The notes under the pieces: generated by a model | What the model was told of the DNA's origin: nothing | Database searches by the model: none | The model's input: the letters and a program-made list of their open reading frames with translations, nothing else | Position numbers and translations under genes: made by a program | Source of the DNA: Lama guanicoe | Lineage: Eukaryota | Direction: 5' to 3' | Length of the DNA: 64,000 nt | Assembly: GCA_013239625.1 (NCBI GenBank) | Contig: MU056050.1 | Span: forward strand, 1,040,084-1,104,083 | In this document: one piece after another, positions 1 through 13,502 of the stretch | Layout: each line of letters starts with the position of its first letter | Position numbering within the stretch: the stretch's first letter is position 1

Positions 1-304
1 TCCCCTCATGGATGCTACCATGATCAGTGTGGCAGCTGACTGCCAGTCAGATTTCAATATTCATGCTATGCTGTTGACTACGTGTTCATTAGGTATCCTT
101 GTCAGATTTATAAGAAACACTTAAATATGTTCCAAATTATCTTTTGTGCTAGGCATCCTTTGGGAGGCAAGGCTGTGGAGATGTGAGAGAATGGGATTAT
201 CGTCCAGCCTAGGCTCAGTAGCAGCTGGTTCTGTGAGTACTATAAGACTATTACAGATTTCAATGTATATATGAACAACGTAGTCAAATGCATAGTGGTA
301 TTTA

Positions 305-520
305 TAATCATCATTCTGTTATCCCTTATGCTAGCCTAGGCACTGTACTAAGCATTTTACATACATTATTGCAGCTAATATTTTTCAACAACCATGTGAG
401 TTAGATCCTATTATTATGCATTTTAACAGTTGAAGGTAGTAATACTCAGAGAGGTATAGTAAGTTGTCCAAGGCCAAACAGCTAATAAGCACAGAACCAT
501 AATTTTAGCTATGATCTGTA
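305..520 (-). mobile_element. MIR SINE (diverged)
   Basis: ctaggcactgtactaagcattttacatacatt...ctcagagaggt...gtccaaggccaaacagcta resembles the reverse complement of the MIR core. Confidence 0.8.
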
Positions 521-526
521 TCAGAT

Positions 527-1051
527 TGTCTTAATTTAGGTTCCCTTGAAAGCAGAGCCTATGACAGAGAGTTGAGTCAAGGTAGTTTATTTGGGATGTG
601 ATCCCAGAAATCAAGATGAGAGAGTAGGGAGGCTAAATCAGGTAAGAAGGAAAAGCTAACACAAGAAAGCATTTTTAAGTCACTATGGTGGGGAACAGAG
701 GCTCAGTTTTACTGGAACCTCCTGGAAATACACAAAATACCTTCTAGAATAATTCACCTGAAAAGATACGGAAAGATTTATTCACTGGTCCCCATCCTCC
801 AATGGCTAAGGGTTGTCCCTGAGAGTGTTAAATCAACTGCACTTCTGGGTTGCATTTATTGGAAGACCAAAAGGCATGAGAGAAGGCCTTGGGTTAAAAA
901 GTAGGAAAACCTCAAGCTATGTATAGGCTGGAGGTGGAACAGCTGCAGCAGAAGGTTGCCGGAGCTGCCTGCACCTGTCCACCAGCACAGCAGCTGAAGT
1001 CAGAGGGCTTCCCGGAGGCCGTGACGTGCAGCACCAGCGGTGTCTGTTACA
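527..1051 (-). mobile_element. ERVL solo LTR (LTR16/LTR33-like)
   Basis: Starts tgtcttaatttaggttcccttgaaagcagagcc...gtagtttatttgggatgtgatcccag and ends gcaccagcggtgtctgttaca (TG...CA); polyA signal as tttatt on + strand. Confidence 0.7.
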
Positions 1052-1164
1052 GAGGTCTGAGTCTTGTGTTCTAAACCGTGCTTCTGTGTACAGAGACAAA
1101 CTATTCCGCAGGAAAGAATTCACTCCACATGTTTTCTGGTATTATCCCAACATATTTATTACCT

Positions 1165-1270
1165 TCCTACATATATTAATTGAGCTCCTACTATATTCCA
1201 GATACCTTGCATTATTCTGAAGACCTAGCAATACAAAAAAGCAAAAGTCTTGCTCTCAAGGAAATGTTCA
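1165..1270 (-). mobile_element. L2 3' end fragment
   Basis: attaattgagctcctactatattccagatac...cttgctctcaaggaa resembles the antisense L2 tail. Confidence 0.6.
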
Positions 1271-1354
1271 TTTCTGTGATTATCTGACAAGATAGTGTTC
1301 ATGACTTAATGTTAATCACCAACACAGGACAAGGGAATGAAAATGTTACTTAGA

Positions 1355-1356
<2 letters not shown>

Positions 1357-1440
<84 letters not shown>
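1357..1440. repeat. Compound (GT)n/(GA)n microsatellite
   Basis: Directly visible dinucleotide runs. Confidence 0.97.
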
Positions 1441-2189
1441 CACATATTTAAGTCTGTAATGTCTCTTTTTCAAATTGTAGATGTGAAACTGATTAGGTTC
1501 AGAGTTGGAATGTATTGGGGTGTATGTGAAAATATTAAGAATCAACTTAAGAAGGTGGTTGAAAGTGGAGCTTGAGGATTGGAGGTAGGGAGAACTTACT
1601 GGCATGTCAGTAGCTTGGTATTTTCCTAGCAGCATACGCAGCACACACTTGCCTTTACCTTCCACAACCTTGAACTTAGCTTGACACAGCTATTAGAGCC
1701 AGGCATCTAAATAGCTTGCATAATAACATTAAGACCCAGTGTCTGATTTTCTGATGATTAACAGGCCTTCAAAGTATATATGATCATGGGATGCGTGTGT
1801 GTGTGTGCCTGCACATTTGCACGCCTGCCCGCATGTGTCTACATTTTAAAGGATGAAAGGCAGACCCAGGACAGATCTGCTTGAAATACTCAAACTGTCA
1901 TTCACAGTATTATTATTCAAGGTCTAGTAGGGGCAGAAATCTCGTTAATGTATTCTTGACTATCTTTTGCTGTTTCGATTCCTTACCAAGGTGCTTCTTT
2001 CTTGTGGATAAGCAGAATAATTGATTTTGTGATTTAAAGAGGGGAAGAATAGTGCCTTTTCCAAAGTACGTAGTCTCTTCCACCAAAGTATTGCAGTACC
2101 TTAAAATTCAACTTTAGCCATTCCTTCTATTCCCACCATTTTTCTTTGGGATAGTGACACTGAAGTCCCTAACATGAGTTAATTCATCA

Positions 2190-2440
2190 AAGCAGTTAAG
2201 GAAGTAACATAAAATGAGAAGAGTAAGGGACTTAATTTCAGACTATCTGGGGTTTTGTACACTAAAATGCCATTTACTGTCTAATTCTTAGGCAGTTTAC
2301 TTATTGTCTCTGGGGAGAGTCCGTTTCTATCTTTAAGAAAGTTGATGATGCCTACTAGTTAAAGTTAGAGAGAGAATTAATGAAATGTGATGTATATGAA
2401 AGTGCCTCTACAGTAAGTACTCAGTGAACACCGCTAATAT
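2190..2440 (+). mobile_element. MIR SINE
   Basis: tcagactatctggggtt...gccatttact...ggcagtttactta...tatatgaaagtgcct...cagtaagtactcagtgaa. Confidence 0.65.
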
Positions 2441-3329
2441 ATTTTTTTTCTTGCATTCTATGAAAGGAAGGCTGAGAGTAGTGTGCGGGTTGCTGAAAGG
2501 GGGAGTAAAGAGCCCAGAAATAAGTGATTATGGTGTTACTGAGGGCTGATCTGCCTTTCAGCTCTTGATAATGGCCAGCATAGCTAGAGGAAGAGTTGTT
2601 TACAAAAGATACGGACTCAAAAGTCTTTGGTCTTTTTCTGTCGATTGCCTTTTTCCTTCTGAGCTCTGTGCCTCAGTTTCACCTTAAGTTTATAGAATGG
2701 AGTGAGGATAAAATAGCCAGCTGAGCCTTAGCAGTCCTGTACCAGCTGAAGGCTTGGTAGCATTACACTCAGAACAGCCTGCAGCTCGGCAGCAGGCCAT
2801 TGCTCTCCGTTCCCCTAACCCCGCCTTTCCTTGGCAGGCTTGAGATGTGTGTTCATTTAAGAAAAGTTCAGGAAATAAAGCTTCAAAATTTAGGTAAGTC
2901 AACTCCAATTAACTCTCAAGAACCAGACACCCCCCTGCTCGCTATGCTGAGCAGAAGTCAGAGTTCTCTTAAGTAAGGGCATGCTGATACACTCGACAAG
3001 ATTCCCTGGTTCTTTGTGGGCTTGCAGGAGAAAGATAAGGGCAGCTGAAAGAACATGAATTCATTTCGCCATGGGGGTGAAGAGGTGTACATAAACAAAA
3101 AGGAGCCCCATTATTTAAAGAGGAGACTGGTCAATATGATAGCCTAATCTGTTGAATTTTTGTTCAGAATATATTTATATATTATGAGATATGAAGCAAG
3201 TCATGGGCCATCTGGAAAGGAAATAGAGCTTCATTGCTAGGGAGAACAGTATTTAGTGACAGGAGCTCAAGAGAGGAAGTAGGTTTCCTGACTGGGATTG
3301 ACTATTAAACTTCTGATTTTCGTATGATA

Positions 3330-3505
3330 GAGTAGATACAAAGAATAATGGTTTGGAAATTAGGGTTCAGATAATCGGGGTGCTAACCCTATTCTACTCT
3401 TAACTATATAACCTTGAGCAAATAGTTTATAGGCAAAATAGAGGGATTTATCTAGAGCAGATGACCTCTAAAGTCCCTTTTACATATAGCATTCTGTGGT
3501 TCTGT
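3330..3505 (+). mobile_element. MIR/MIR3 fragment
   Basis: ctctactcttaactatataaccttgagcaaa...gatgacctctaaagtccctttt...cattctgtggttct. Confidence 0.6.
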
Positions 3506-4039
3506 CTCGGTCAAAGGAATTATGATTCAAAACTAGATTCTGGATGCATTTGTAACACATTATTGAGAATCCCAGAGATTAAAAAAAATACTACTTAGAG
3601 TTCATTTTTGATAAATGTATCAAATTTCATTGACTTCAAAAAATATTCAGTGAGGTTTGCCATATTACAATATCTTTAAAATAGGGCAATTAAAATTTTA
3701 AAAAGGAAAGAGCAGAAATCAGAAGAAAGAATAATACTTGTTTCAGTGCTCTTGGATGTGTTGTTACCACAATTTGAATGTGTCATTTGGTTCTGAGCAT
3801 CCTGGGAGCCAAGTGAAAAATTGAAATAAATTGGATTATAATTAATTATTATAAAAACTTATTATATAAAATGAAATACAAAATTTTGTCTCAAGAAGGG
3901 AATTTTTTAACCCTAAAATTAAAATTGTACAAAGAATTCACTGCCTGAATCCTTACATAAAGGACCATTGGCAACATTACACAGTGGACAATTTCTTAAA
4001 AAAACAGTTTTGTAAAATATATAGACAAGTTCTTGATTT

Positions 4040-4590
4040 TAGTTTTCTCATCTGCAAGTAGGAACAATTGTCTAGGAATCAATATATTTAAATATAGATC
4101 TAGATGTGGTAATACTACTATCTAAGATGGAGTATATGTGACTTAACCTGAATTAAAAGTTTAAGGGCGGATCTAGGGCCTCAAATAGTATCCTTAGCAC
4201 TCAGTCTTTCTCTGTCCATCTGAGTTGGCTTTATTTTCATGCAGAGGTGGTCACTGACAACTCTAGGCTCACATTCCCTATACAGTCAATGGTTCCATAA
4301 AAATATAACATCTTTCTTAAGAGTCTAGCCAGAGTTTCTTAACATGGCTTTTGCTGGTCAAAATTGTATTATGTACCCATCCTTAAATCAATCACTGCAG
4401 CTAGGGTAAGAAAATACATTGATTACCAGGCATGGGTCAAGTGCCCATTTGTGGAAGAAGGGGCTAAAATCAATCCCTCCAAACCACCTGGACTGAGACT
4501 GACGAGGTGGGGTGAGGTGGGGTGAGGTGAGGTAGAGAAAGTACTTCATCAAGAGCTAGAGATGTGGGACAGAGAAAACAACCGTTAGGT
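4040..4590 (-). mobile_element. MaLR LTR (MLT1J/K-like)
   Basis: tgtacccatccttaaatcaatcactgcagctaggg...gattaccaggcatgggtcaagtgccca motif typical of old MLT1. Confidence 0.6.
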
Positions 4591-5199
4591 ATCACAGCCA
4601 AGTCATATTCATAAGGTTGCTTGGTCAGCATAAAATGGTTACGGTGAAATTTAATTGAACTGAATCGGGAATGTTCAATGTATCAAAATGGGATAGATTA
4701 GAATAGTAATTTTATCATAGGAATACCCTTACTGACTGGGTAAGTGTTTTGAAATTTCAATGATCAAAGTCCATTCTTTGCTATAAAGTTTATATTTCTC
4801 TCTACCACTAAATGTTTTCTATGCTTCCTACATGCTAAATTCTTTTAGTCAACAATAATTCATCAGATATGTTAATATATCCCAACTATTTATAAATTCT
4901 TGGTGTCTTGGGAGTCTTCTGTCCCCTTAGGAGACTGTATAAATTCCCGCTGATCCATTAGGTGTTTATCTTTTTGTTTAATTCTCAGAAAGCAATTTTA
5001 TTTTCCGCATTTCTTAGTTTTGGTAGGAGGAGGCTCACTTCAGTAGCCCAATGCTGGCAGCAAACTTTTCTTCCTAGTAGAGTTGTTGTGAGAACCAAAT
5101 GAGATAATGCATGACATTTGTAAAGTGCTTAGTTTGGCAATGATAGGCATTCGATGCATAATAACAATTAATATGAATATTGCTCAAATAACAATAAAA

Positions 5200-6075
5200 A
5201 CAAGGGAACAAGATCAGATAATGATGGAGCCCATATTTTTCCCTCCCAGAACTTTTCTGTCTTTTAAATACCATGTTGTTGTTTAGTGGTACCAATGTCT
5301 TCCCAGTCAATCGGGATTGAAACCTCAGTCATAGTAATTCTTGTCTGCATTTAGTTTCTAACATATTATCAGTTGCTAAATCCTATGATTGCATCTCTGA
5401 AATAACTCTTATTTATCCTTTTTTTTCCTCCTCTTGTATTGCCACTACGCCAGGTCTGACCTTCATTCCCATAACAATATCAATTTAACCCTAAATAAAA
5501 ATCTCCTTATTTACAGTTGTATGATATCCAGCTGCCAGTCTTAGTTTATTATCTGATCATGCTACTTCATTGTTTAGATATCAACAATGTCTTTCAGTGG
5601 TTTGTAGAGTGAAGTCCATACTCCTGATACTTGAATATAGGTTTTCAGACTTATGAGTATCCCTCTTCACAAACTCTATACTTGAGTAAAATTGAAATAC
5701 TTATTTTTTAAAAAATAAATTTCTTGTGCTTCTCTGCCTTTACTCATGTACTCTTCTCTCTACTTGTAATGCCCGTATTTCCTGTCATAGTGTATCTAAA
5801 TCTTCCCTGTTTATCAAGGTCCAGTTAAAATGCTGCCTTCTTCCTGGAGTTACCCTTAATTTTCATAGCCAGAAGCAATCTTTTCTTTCTCTAATTGCCA
5901 TGACATTTCCTTATTTTGCATATTATTTTCTACCTTATAATGACATAAGTATGTATATGATCTAACTCATCACCTTTTCAATTCTTTAAGGTCAGGATCT
6001 ATCTCAGTTCATTTATTTAATCTTCCAACACAGAATTCATAGTTGTAAGTAAATTAATGTTAATTGTATGAATGG
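5200..6075 (+). mobile_element. L2 LINE 3' portion (short MIR at about 5070-5180 precedes it)
   Basis: tctgatcatgctacttc...aatgtctttcagtggtt...tcaaggtccagttaaaatgctgccttctt...ggtcaggatctatctc. Confidence 0.7.
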
Positions 6076-6264
6076 ATTAAATTGTATCTTAATGCAAAAA
6101 AAGCAATGATTCTTACTTTAAGCCAAGTTGATTTCAAACATTTAGCATGGGAAAAGTCACTTTGAAATGAATAAGGGTATATTCCACAATAATGATAAAC
6201 ATCTTCATGAAACTTTATTCAAAAGATAATATCATGTGAAATATAAAATACATAAAACACAGGC

Positions 6265-6500
6265 AGAATCATAGTAGTTAAGATCATGGACTTTGAAACT
6301 AAACATCCTGCGTTTAAATCCCGGTTTCTACCAATTATCTGTATAACCTTAGACCTCTGTGTTCACCAATTTCTCATTTGGAAAATGGGGAAAGTAACAA
6401 TAGCTACCACTTGGTGTTGTTGTAAAGATTAGGTGCGTTGTTACATGTAAAGCATTTCGAATGGTGCCTGAAACGTTGCGTGGGCTACAGTTATAAGCTA
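6265..6500 (+). mobile_element. MIR SINE
   Basis: tagtagttaagatcatggactttg...cctgcgtttaaatcccggtttctacca...ctcatttggaaaatgggg...tgtaaagcatttcgaatggtgcctg. Confidence 0.85.
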
Positions 6501-6709
6501 CTGGAAGTATGAAGCAAAATAGAAATAAAAACACTTCTGCCAGTAAATCTCAGCCCATGAGAGAGCAAGTGGATAATAAAGAAGAATATACATACACACA
6601 CATATATATATGTTCTGACAATAAATGTGATGTAATTAGACATTTATTCAGTTTTGAGCTATCCAAACCAGTAAGTTCTTTGTTTTGTTCTGTTTTTAAT
6701 GTAAGCACG

Positions 6710-7307
6710 TGAGGAGGGCAGAATGACCCCCGAAGATGTCAATACTCCAATTCTTGGAACCTTTGAGTATGATATATTACTTGGTGAAAAGGACTGCAAA
6801 GGAATCTAAGAGATGGATGTTGGATACGAAAATTATACTGGGTTATCCATGTGGACCCAGGCTATTCACATGAGCCCTTAAAAGCAGAGAGCATTTTCTG
6901 GCTGGAGTCAGAGAGATGTGGTAGAAGAGCCAGGAAGATGCAGCAGAAGTTAGAAAGATTTGAGATATGAGAAGGACTTAACAGCATCATTGCAGGTTTA
7001 GAGATGAAGAAATCCATGTGAGAAAGCTGACAGTCAGCAAAGAAATGAGGATCTTAGTCCTACAACTACAGGGAACTGAAATTCTGCCAACAATCTAGAG
7101 AACCCTGGAAGCAGACTCTCCCTGGGGCCTCCCAGTAAGAATCCAGCCTGAATAACACCTTGACTTTGGCCCTGTAGACCCTAAACAGAGAACTAGCTAA
7201 GCCACACTGTGTTTCGATCCTGGCACACGAAAATTGTGAGATAATAAATTGGTGTTCTAAGTTGCTTAATTTGTGATAATTTGTTATACGCAAAAGAAAG
7301 CTAATGT
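6710..7307 (+). mobile_element. MaLR solo LTR (MLT1D/E-like)
   Basis: ggcagaatgacccccgaagatgtc...gaggatcttagtcctacaactacagggaactgaaattctgccaacaa...aataaattggtg...gataatttgttata. Confidence 0.85.
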
Positions 7308-7840
7308 GACACAACAGTATTTTTATCAAAATTGAATAGATCACAAAGCAAGCCTCAGTTAATTCACCAGAATACAAACGTTATAAATGAGGTTCTGCAG
7401 CAAAACAATAAAACTAGGAATGAATTTAAACTTATTTTAACCAATAAACAGAACATCCAATTGCTTGAAAATGTTGATAATAATATACAAAATTCTCTCC
7501 TAAAATAAAGTTTTTCAAAGAGAAAGGCTAAACTCCTAAAATATTTAAGAATATTGGTGAGGGGAGGTTCATGGAGAATGAGAATGTTACATGCTAAATC
7601 ATTTGGGATAGGTAAAAACTGTTCTGAAAAGCAAATTGAAATGTATAAACATCTCAGAGGATTAAAAAAATGAATTAATACAGTAACTCAAGAAACTGGA
7701 AAGAATAAAAAGTAAATCTAAGCTACAAAGAAGGATAATGTTAAGAAAAGTAAAAGGGAATAAATGTATTTGAAAGCAGAAAAATAAAGATATTAAGAAT
7801 TTAAGTAATTTGATAATGCAAAATATAAAGCAATAGTTTT

Positions 7841-8862
7841 TCTTTGTTTTAACTGAAGTATAGTTAATTTACAGTATTGTGTTGGTTTCAGGTGTACAGC
7901 AAAGTGATTCAGGTTTTTTTCAGATTATGTTTCACTATAGGTTATTATACTGAATATAATTCCCTGTGCTTATACAGTAAATCCTTATTGCTTATCTATT
8001 TTATGTATAGTAGTGTGTATTTGTTAATCGCATACTCAGCATTTTTATTATCTCCTTTTTGAGCTCAGGGTCTAGTAGACTGAGCTTTTTTTTTTCATTT
8101 GTTCTTTCATGGGATTTCTCTTGTTCTTTTAATTCTGAGTAGTTCTGCCTTTTCATTTTAGTTAACTTCTCTGCCTTTATAAATTTACGGGAGACATTTA
8201 TCTACTTTGGTCTTGAAGAGGTGTTTTTATGTGGGATGATCCCTGTGTAGTCTATTTATTCTTGCTATAAGAACTAGTTTCCATATGAACAACGGTCTTG
8301 TCTTTCTTCAGTGTGTGCTGCCCATTACCTCTTAGTAGGGTGTGGTGTTGGTTTTGTAGTATCTAAGGCCTGTGTTGGATGTGAGGCGGAGCTTCCTCTC
8401 AGCTCTGTGGCTGTCACTGCCCTATCAGGGGCAAGGTCTGCTCCCCAGTTGTTGGAGTAGAAACCCTGAGGGTTGAGACTGATGAGAGTCTGTTGCCCTC
8501 GAGTGTGTGGCCTTCCCCAAACGAGGTGATTGATGAAGCAAGTGAGGCCTGTGTGGTCCCAGAGGACCTATATGCACCACCTTTGTAGGTGTCTGTGGTT
8601 CCACTCAGAAGCAGCCCAAGTTTGCGCCCCTTTCTCTTTTGTGCTTATCTCTTATCTCGTGTAGCGCTGCAGTGTGGATGAGGCCGGGGCTGGGATTTGG
8701 GGCATTATGGCTACAGGAACTGAAGTGTCCTGGTTGCTGCCTGATATCTGGTCTGCCTCTTTGGTCAACTTCTCCTGGGACCTGTCTGCCCCAGATCTAG
8801 TGCTAATTTGCTATGTGGAGTGGGCCAAACTGGGGCGCTCTTGCTGGGAAATGAACCACAAG
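7841..8862 (-). mobile_element. Internally deleted L1 (5' UTR part + ORF1 N-terminus fused to 3' UTR end), TSD-flanked
   Basis: GCAATAGTTTT at 7830-7840 and 8863-8873; minus strand reads atgaaaaggcagaactactcagaattaaaagaacaagagaaatccc (similar to ORF1 start at 61416), then joins L1 3' UTR sequence near 8036. Confidence 0.8.
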
Positions 8863-9788
8863 GCAATAGTTTTGATTATAAAGAAGGAAGGGCAAAATAA
8901 AACAAATATACAACATTAAGCATAAAAAAGATGAAATAACCATGGATAAAAGATATAAGATCGTAAATTGTGTATCATTTTGCTAATAAATTTTTAAATC
9001 TGAGTGAAATGAATGACTTTATATGCACATATTAATTTCTAATATTGACTCAGTAAAAGAGAAAAAAATTTAGAAAAACTTCACCCATGAGGGGAAAATG
9101 AGAACTCCATTAAAATATATTGAGTGCAGAGAGTTTCAGTGGAAAATTATTACAGGCATTCAATCAGAAAATAATTCTGATATTATTTATATTGTATCAG
9201 ACAACAGAGAAAGAAGGGAGGATTATTTTTACAGCCAGGATTAATTTAATAACAAAACCTGACAGTTCAAAAATAGAAACATAGTGACAATTTTCACTTC
9301 TGAATTCAGATGTGAACATCTGAAGTAGTATATTAATAAATATAATGCAAGGGTATAATAAAAGAATAATAGAACATGAATAAGTAGAATCAAAGGATGC
9401 AAGATAGTTCAAATCTGATGATATTTGCAATAGTAATAATAGTTTTAAAAGGAAAAATAAAGTATGTAATCATGTTGACAGATGCCAGGAATGATAAAAT
9501 TCATCTATTACTGATAGCAAACATATCAAATAAAATACAAATAGAAAGATGCTTTAGCAGCCGCATCATATTTGATGATCAAACATTACAACCATTTCTA
9601 TTATAATCAGAGACAAGACAGTGATTCAAGAAATCACCAGTATTATTTCAACCACTAAACTATAAGTATTTAAAATAAAGTGGCAAAATTACCATTATTT
9701 TCTGATGGTTGTAATCTAGAAAAGCCAGGAGGATCTGGTAAAAAAAAAAAGTTTAATTATAGCAGTATGAGAATTCATTAAAATAGTT

Positions 9789-10199
9789 GGCTGTGGAGTG
9801 AATTATGTCCCTCAAAAAAGCCCGTATGTTGAAGTCCTAACCCCCAGTGCGATTGTGTTTGGATTTAGGGCTTATAAAGAGGTAATTAAGGTTAGATGCG
9901 GTCATGAGATTGGGACTCTGATATGACAGGATTATTGTCCTTATAAGAAGAGACACCATAGAGGCTGGATGCTCTCTTGTCTCTCTTTCTTTGTTCATTT
10001 GCACAGAGAAGAGTTCATGTGAACACACAGTGAGATGGTAGTCTCCTGCAAGCCAAGAGAAGAGGTCTTGAAATGAAACCTACCTTGTTAGCACCTTGAT
10101 CTTGGACTTCCCAGTCTTCAGGACTGTGAAAAATAAATTTGTTATTTAACATACCCAATCTATGATAATTTGTTATGGCAGCTTGAACTGACTAATACA
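9789..10199 (+). mobile_element. MaLR solo LTR (MLT1A-like)
   Basis: gaattatgtccctcaaaa...tatgttgaagtcctaacccccagtg...caccttgatcttggacttccc...aataaa...gactaataca. Confidence 0.9.
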
Positions 10200-10964
10200 G
10201 CTACCAATTTTAGTAGGCAAAATTGGTAAGATTCTCATATTGTAAGTATATGCTTGATGTTATATTTATCCTCATCCTTTATATATGTTATATATATATA
10301 TATGATTTTGTATCTCTGAAATACTTTAACTATTTTAAAAATTAGACAATGTAGGTTGAACAAATACTTATGAAACTATTGAATAAAATCGGATTATAGA
10401 TTGCTGTAATTTTAAATTACATTTATATAAAGATTATGTACAAGCAAAATCTAAAAGGAGGAAAGAATTCTATATGTATACACACAGATCATGAGATCTC
10501 ATTTACAGTAGCATTAAAAACATTAGCAACACATGGAATATACAACAAAAAATAGAACCTATAAGAATAAGCTAAAAAAATCTAGCTGAGGGAAATATAA
10601 GAGACTTGAATAAATGGTGAGATGTGTCCTTTTCTCAAATTGTGAATATATTAATTCCCCCTAAGTTAATTAATGCAATCTCAATCAAAACTCCAATGCA
10701 GTGCTTTTGCACCTTGGGAAATGATTTAATGTTTACTTGAAAGAGTAAATATATTACAATAGGCAGACAACTTCTGAAAAGAGGAAGCAGTGAAAAACAT
10801 TGCCTTATTAGGTTTTGAAAACTTTTATAAAGCTAAATAGGAATTAAAACTATGTAGTGCTGGCCTAGAAATGGAGCAGATTAGAGATTTTAGACATTAC
10901 ACACAAATTAAGTATCTAATGAGATTTACCATCCCAACTGGACAGTTTGGAAGAATGATTGAGC

Positions 10965-11175
10965 ATTTGGAAGAATGATTGAGTTTTGCAGTCAGGTAAT
11001 CCTGAGTTCAGACTCCTGCTCTTTGTTTACCAGTTGTGTGACCTTCAGAAAATTACTCAACCTCTCTGAACATAAGTTTCATCATCTGTTTAATGGGAGA
11101 GTAACACTCATATCATAATGAAATAATGTATGTGGATGGCACACACTAAATTCTCAACAAGTGGTAGTTTCTTTA
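10965..11175 (+). mobile_element. MIR SINE
   Basis: cctgagttcagactcctgctct...tgtgtgaccttcagaaaattactcaacctctctgaac...tcatctgtttaatggg. Confidence 0.85.
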
Positions 11176-12399
11176 TCCCAGTCTCACTCTTGGCATCAAA
11201 ATAAATTGTAAATGGATCAAAGATTTACATGTGTAAAAAGTAAACAAAACAAATAAAATGTAGATTAATAAAAATATGATCATGTTTTGAAGATGTTTAC
11301 AAATATGATGAAATCAGAGATCATAAAGGAAAAAATGGTACATTTTATGTATAAAAATTTCATATAGTAAAACTTACCATAATTAAAGTGGAAGGAAAGA
11401 TACAAAATTGGAAGAAGGATACACAACATATGTGATAGTGCAAGGCTCTCCAAATATTAAGGTTTTAAAAAACCTAAAAAGAAATATTGAAAAGATGAAC
11501 TTCTGACCAAAGGATATTAAAGAGTATAGACTTGGAGAAGGCACAGTGTTGGTAATGGTGGTGGTAGGTGGTGAAAGAATAAAAAGCCCTGTTTTTGAAT
11601 AATTTAAAATATGATATGCCTATTAGACATACAAGGTAGATGTTCGATAGGTTTTCATTATCTTGTGCTTCTCCCTCTCTCTCTCTCTCTCTCTCTCTTT
11701 TTTTATTTTTCCCAGCTAACTTTGAGGTTAATTTAAATGTCACTCTCAGAGGAACCTTCCCTGCCTGTGCCAGCCCAGGTTTGTTCTGTTCCATATCCCA
11801 TTGCATTCTTCTGTAATTAATTCTCCTTGCAAGTATCGTGGAGTTCTTCACAACAGCAGTCTGAGATCTGGGACACAGGAAGGCGGGAAATGTTGAGTAG
11901 ATCATCTATTAGTTACTGGGGCCTTTGCATTTGGGCTTTATTTCAAGTGTTAGACTCTAGCCCTTAGAGGTCTGTTAAAAAAGAGGAAGTCAGAATCCCA
12001 GTCTTGGGAAAATTGGGTTACCCTGAAATTGAGACCTATAGAAGTAATGCAAATTCCCATTATTTTAAATCTTAATCACTGCGGGGGTTGGGGGGAAGAT
12101 GACTAATTAAACTGGAGCCCAAGATCTGAGTAAGTCGAACAAAGATGACTAGACATTGAATAGACTGACTTAAATAGAGCTCCTTAAATTCATGAGGCAT
12201 AGAACACAGCTTTTCTCAGAGCCTGGAGAAGGCTTAACCTCTATATTCAAATGTCACTAAATAGGGGAATTGTAGGACCCAGCGGAAGGGAGCAAGTTGG
12301 ATCATTAGACTACATCCTTCCAAAACCACCACAAAACTTATTTGGTTTTATGTTAGTTGTTTGATTGAATTTCTACTTTTTTGATTATTAGTTGTGTGT

Positions 12400-13450
12400 T
12401 TTCCATACTTATGGAGTCTTAGGTTGGATAAATTTTTTTCTATAATATTTGTTACCAATGAATGGCCCGATATATGTAGAAGCCTTGAAATGGAGCTGAA
12501 GAAATTGAAACATGGGCCTTATTTGCTGGATGACATTATTTCCAGTTGCAGAGGGATGGTATTATGTCTGTGTTTGGCTAATGTCTTCATTATGGGCTTT
12601 GAAAAGGATTTAAATGGCATGTTAATTAAATTTGAAGTGATAGTATAGGAGAAAGTATTGTGAACATTATTGAGAATCCAAACAATAACCTCTCTGGGAG
12701 AGGTTAAGGATGTAAGCAGACAAGAAAGCCAGATTAAACCTATCAAGTAGAAGCAGTCATGCAGGGAAAATTATCAAAAATAAGATATTTTAGTCTAAGG
12801 AGAGTACTGACTGGAAATCAGCCATGCTGTGAGCATTTGGCAGTCACCAGAATAGAATGAGCCTAAATAAAATACTCAAGCAAGAAGTGAAAAGATTCAC
12901 ACTGAATTTCTAACTTCTCTCTAAAAAGATAGATTTTACTTTGAAGTGTTGTTCTAATTATTGGTATAGCCCACGGACAAAGGGTCACACACTCTAGAGA
13001 GAGATCTTATGGTCAGATAGAGTTCCATATCAGTTTTCAAAGTGGACAAAAATCTGTATACCGTGAATTAAATTAGTTATGTAAAGAAGACCTGACCAGC
13101 AGTTCCACATCCTAAGAGAATACTTTGGAAAAGGATAAGTGACGAGATTAATCTGCATTTTAGTGTATATTTCTCAAGGATCACTTACTTCAGGACCATC
13201 AGGAACACTGTTTAAAATGAAGATTTCTAGGCTCTACCCAGACCTACTGAAACAGAGTCCTGGATATGGGTAAATGGGATCTGCATTTTAAACAAAGGCT
13301 GTGTGTCTTTCCTTTTATGTGATAACTTTTGGGAACCACTGTTCTATGTTCTCAGGAGATTGCACTGAAATGTGATGAATGGAGAGTACAAAATAGGAGC
13401 AGTATTTTAATATGGAAAGCTTGTTGTAATGGCTTGGAATAGAAGGACAC
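12400..13450 (+). mobile_element. L3/CR1 LINE RT remnant
   Basis: ORF 12394-12648 contains GMVLCLCLANVFIMGFEKDLNGMLIKF, a degenerate match to the CR1 RT motif GSVLGPVLFNIFINDLD...MLIKFADD. Confidence 0.6.
13161..13341. mobile_element. MER5-type hAT-Charlie MITE
   Basis: tttaaaatgaagatttctaggctctacccagacctactgaaacagagt...atctgcattttaaacaa...ttgggaaccactg. Confidence 0.75.
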
Positions 13451-13502
13451 AGATTTCAGGAATTAGCCAACCCCACACACAGGTGGGAGAGGCATAGCAG
13501 AT

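Larger units (their letters stand above)
7340..11530 (+). mobile_element. Old L1M ORF2 remnant, fragmented and interrupted by a younger L1, MLT1A and MIR
   Basis: A-rich ORF2-like segments, e.g. atcagagacaagacagtga, gacttgaataaatggtgagatgtgtcc, aatgcaatctcaatcaaaactccaa, aaatggatcaaagatttacatgt. Confidence 0.7.

Noticed and set aside
4503..4535. G-rich gaggtggggt repeats (possible G4)
   Set aside because: Short simple repeat within an old LTR with too few long G runs.
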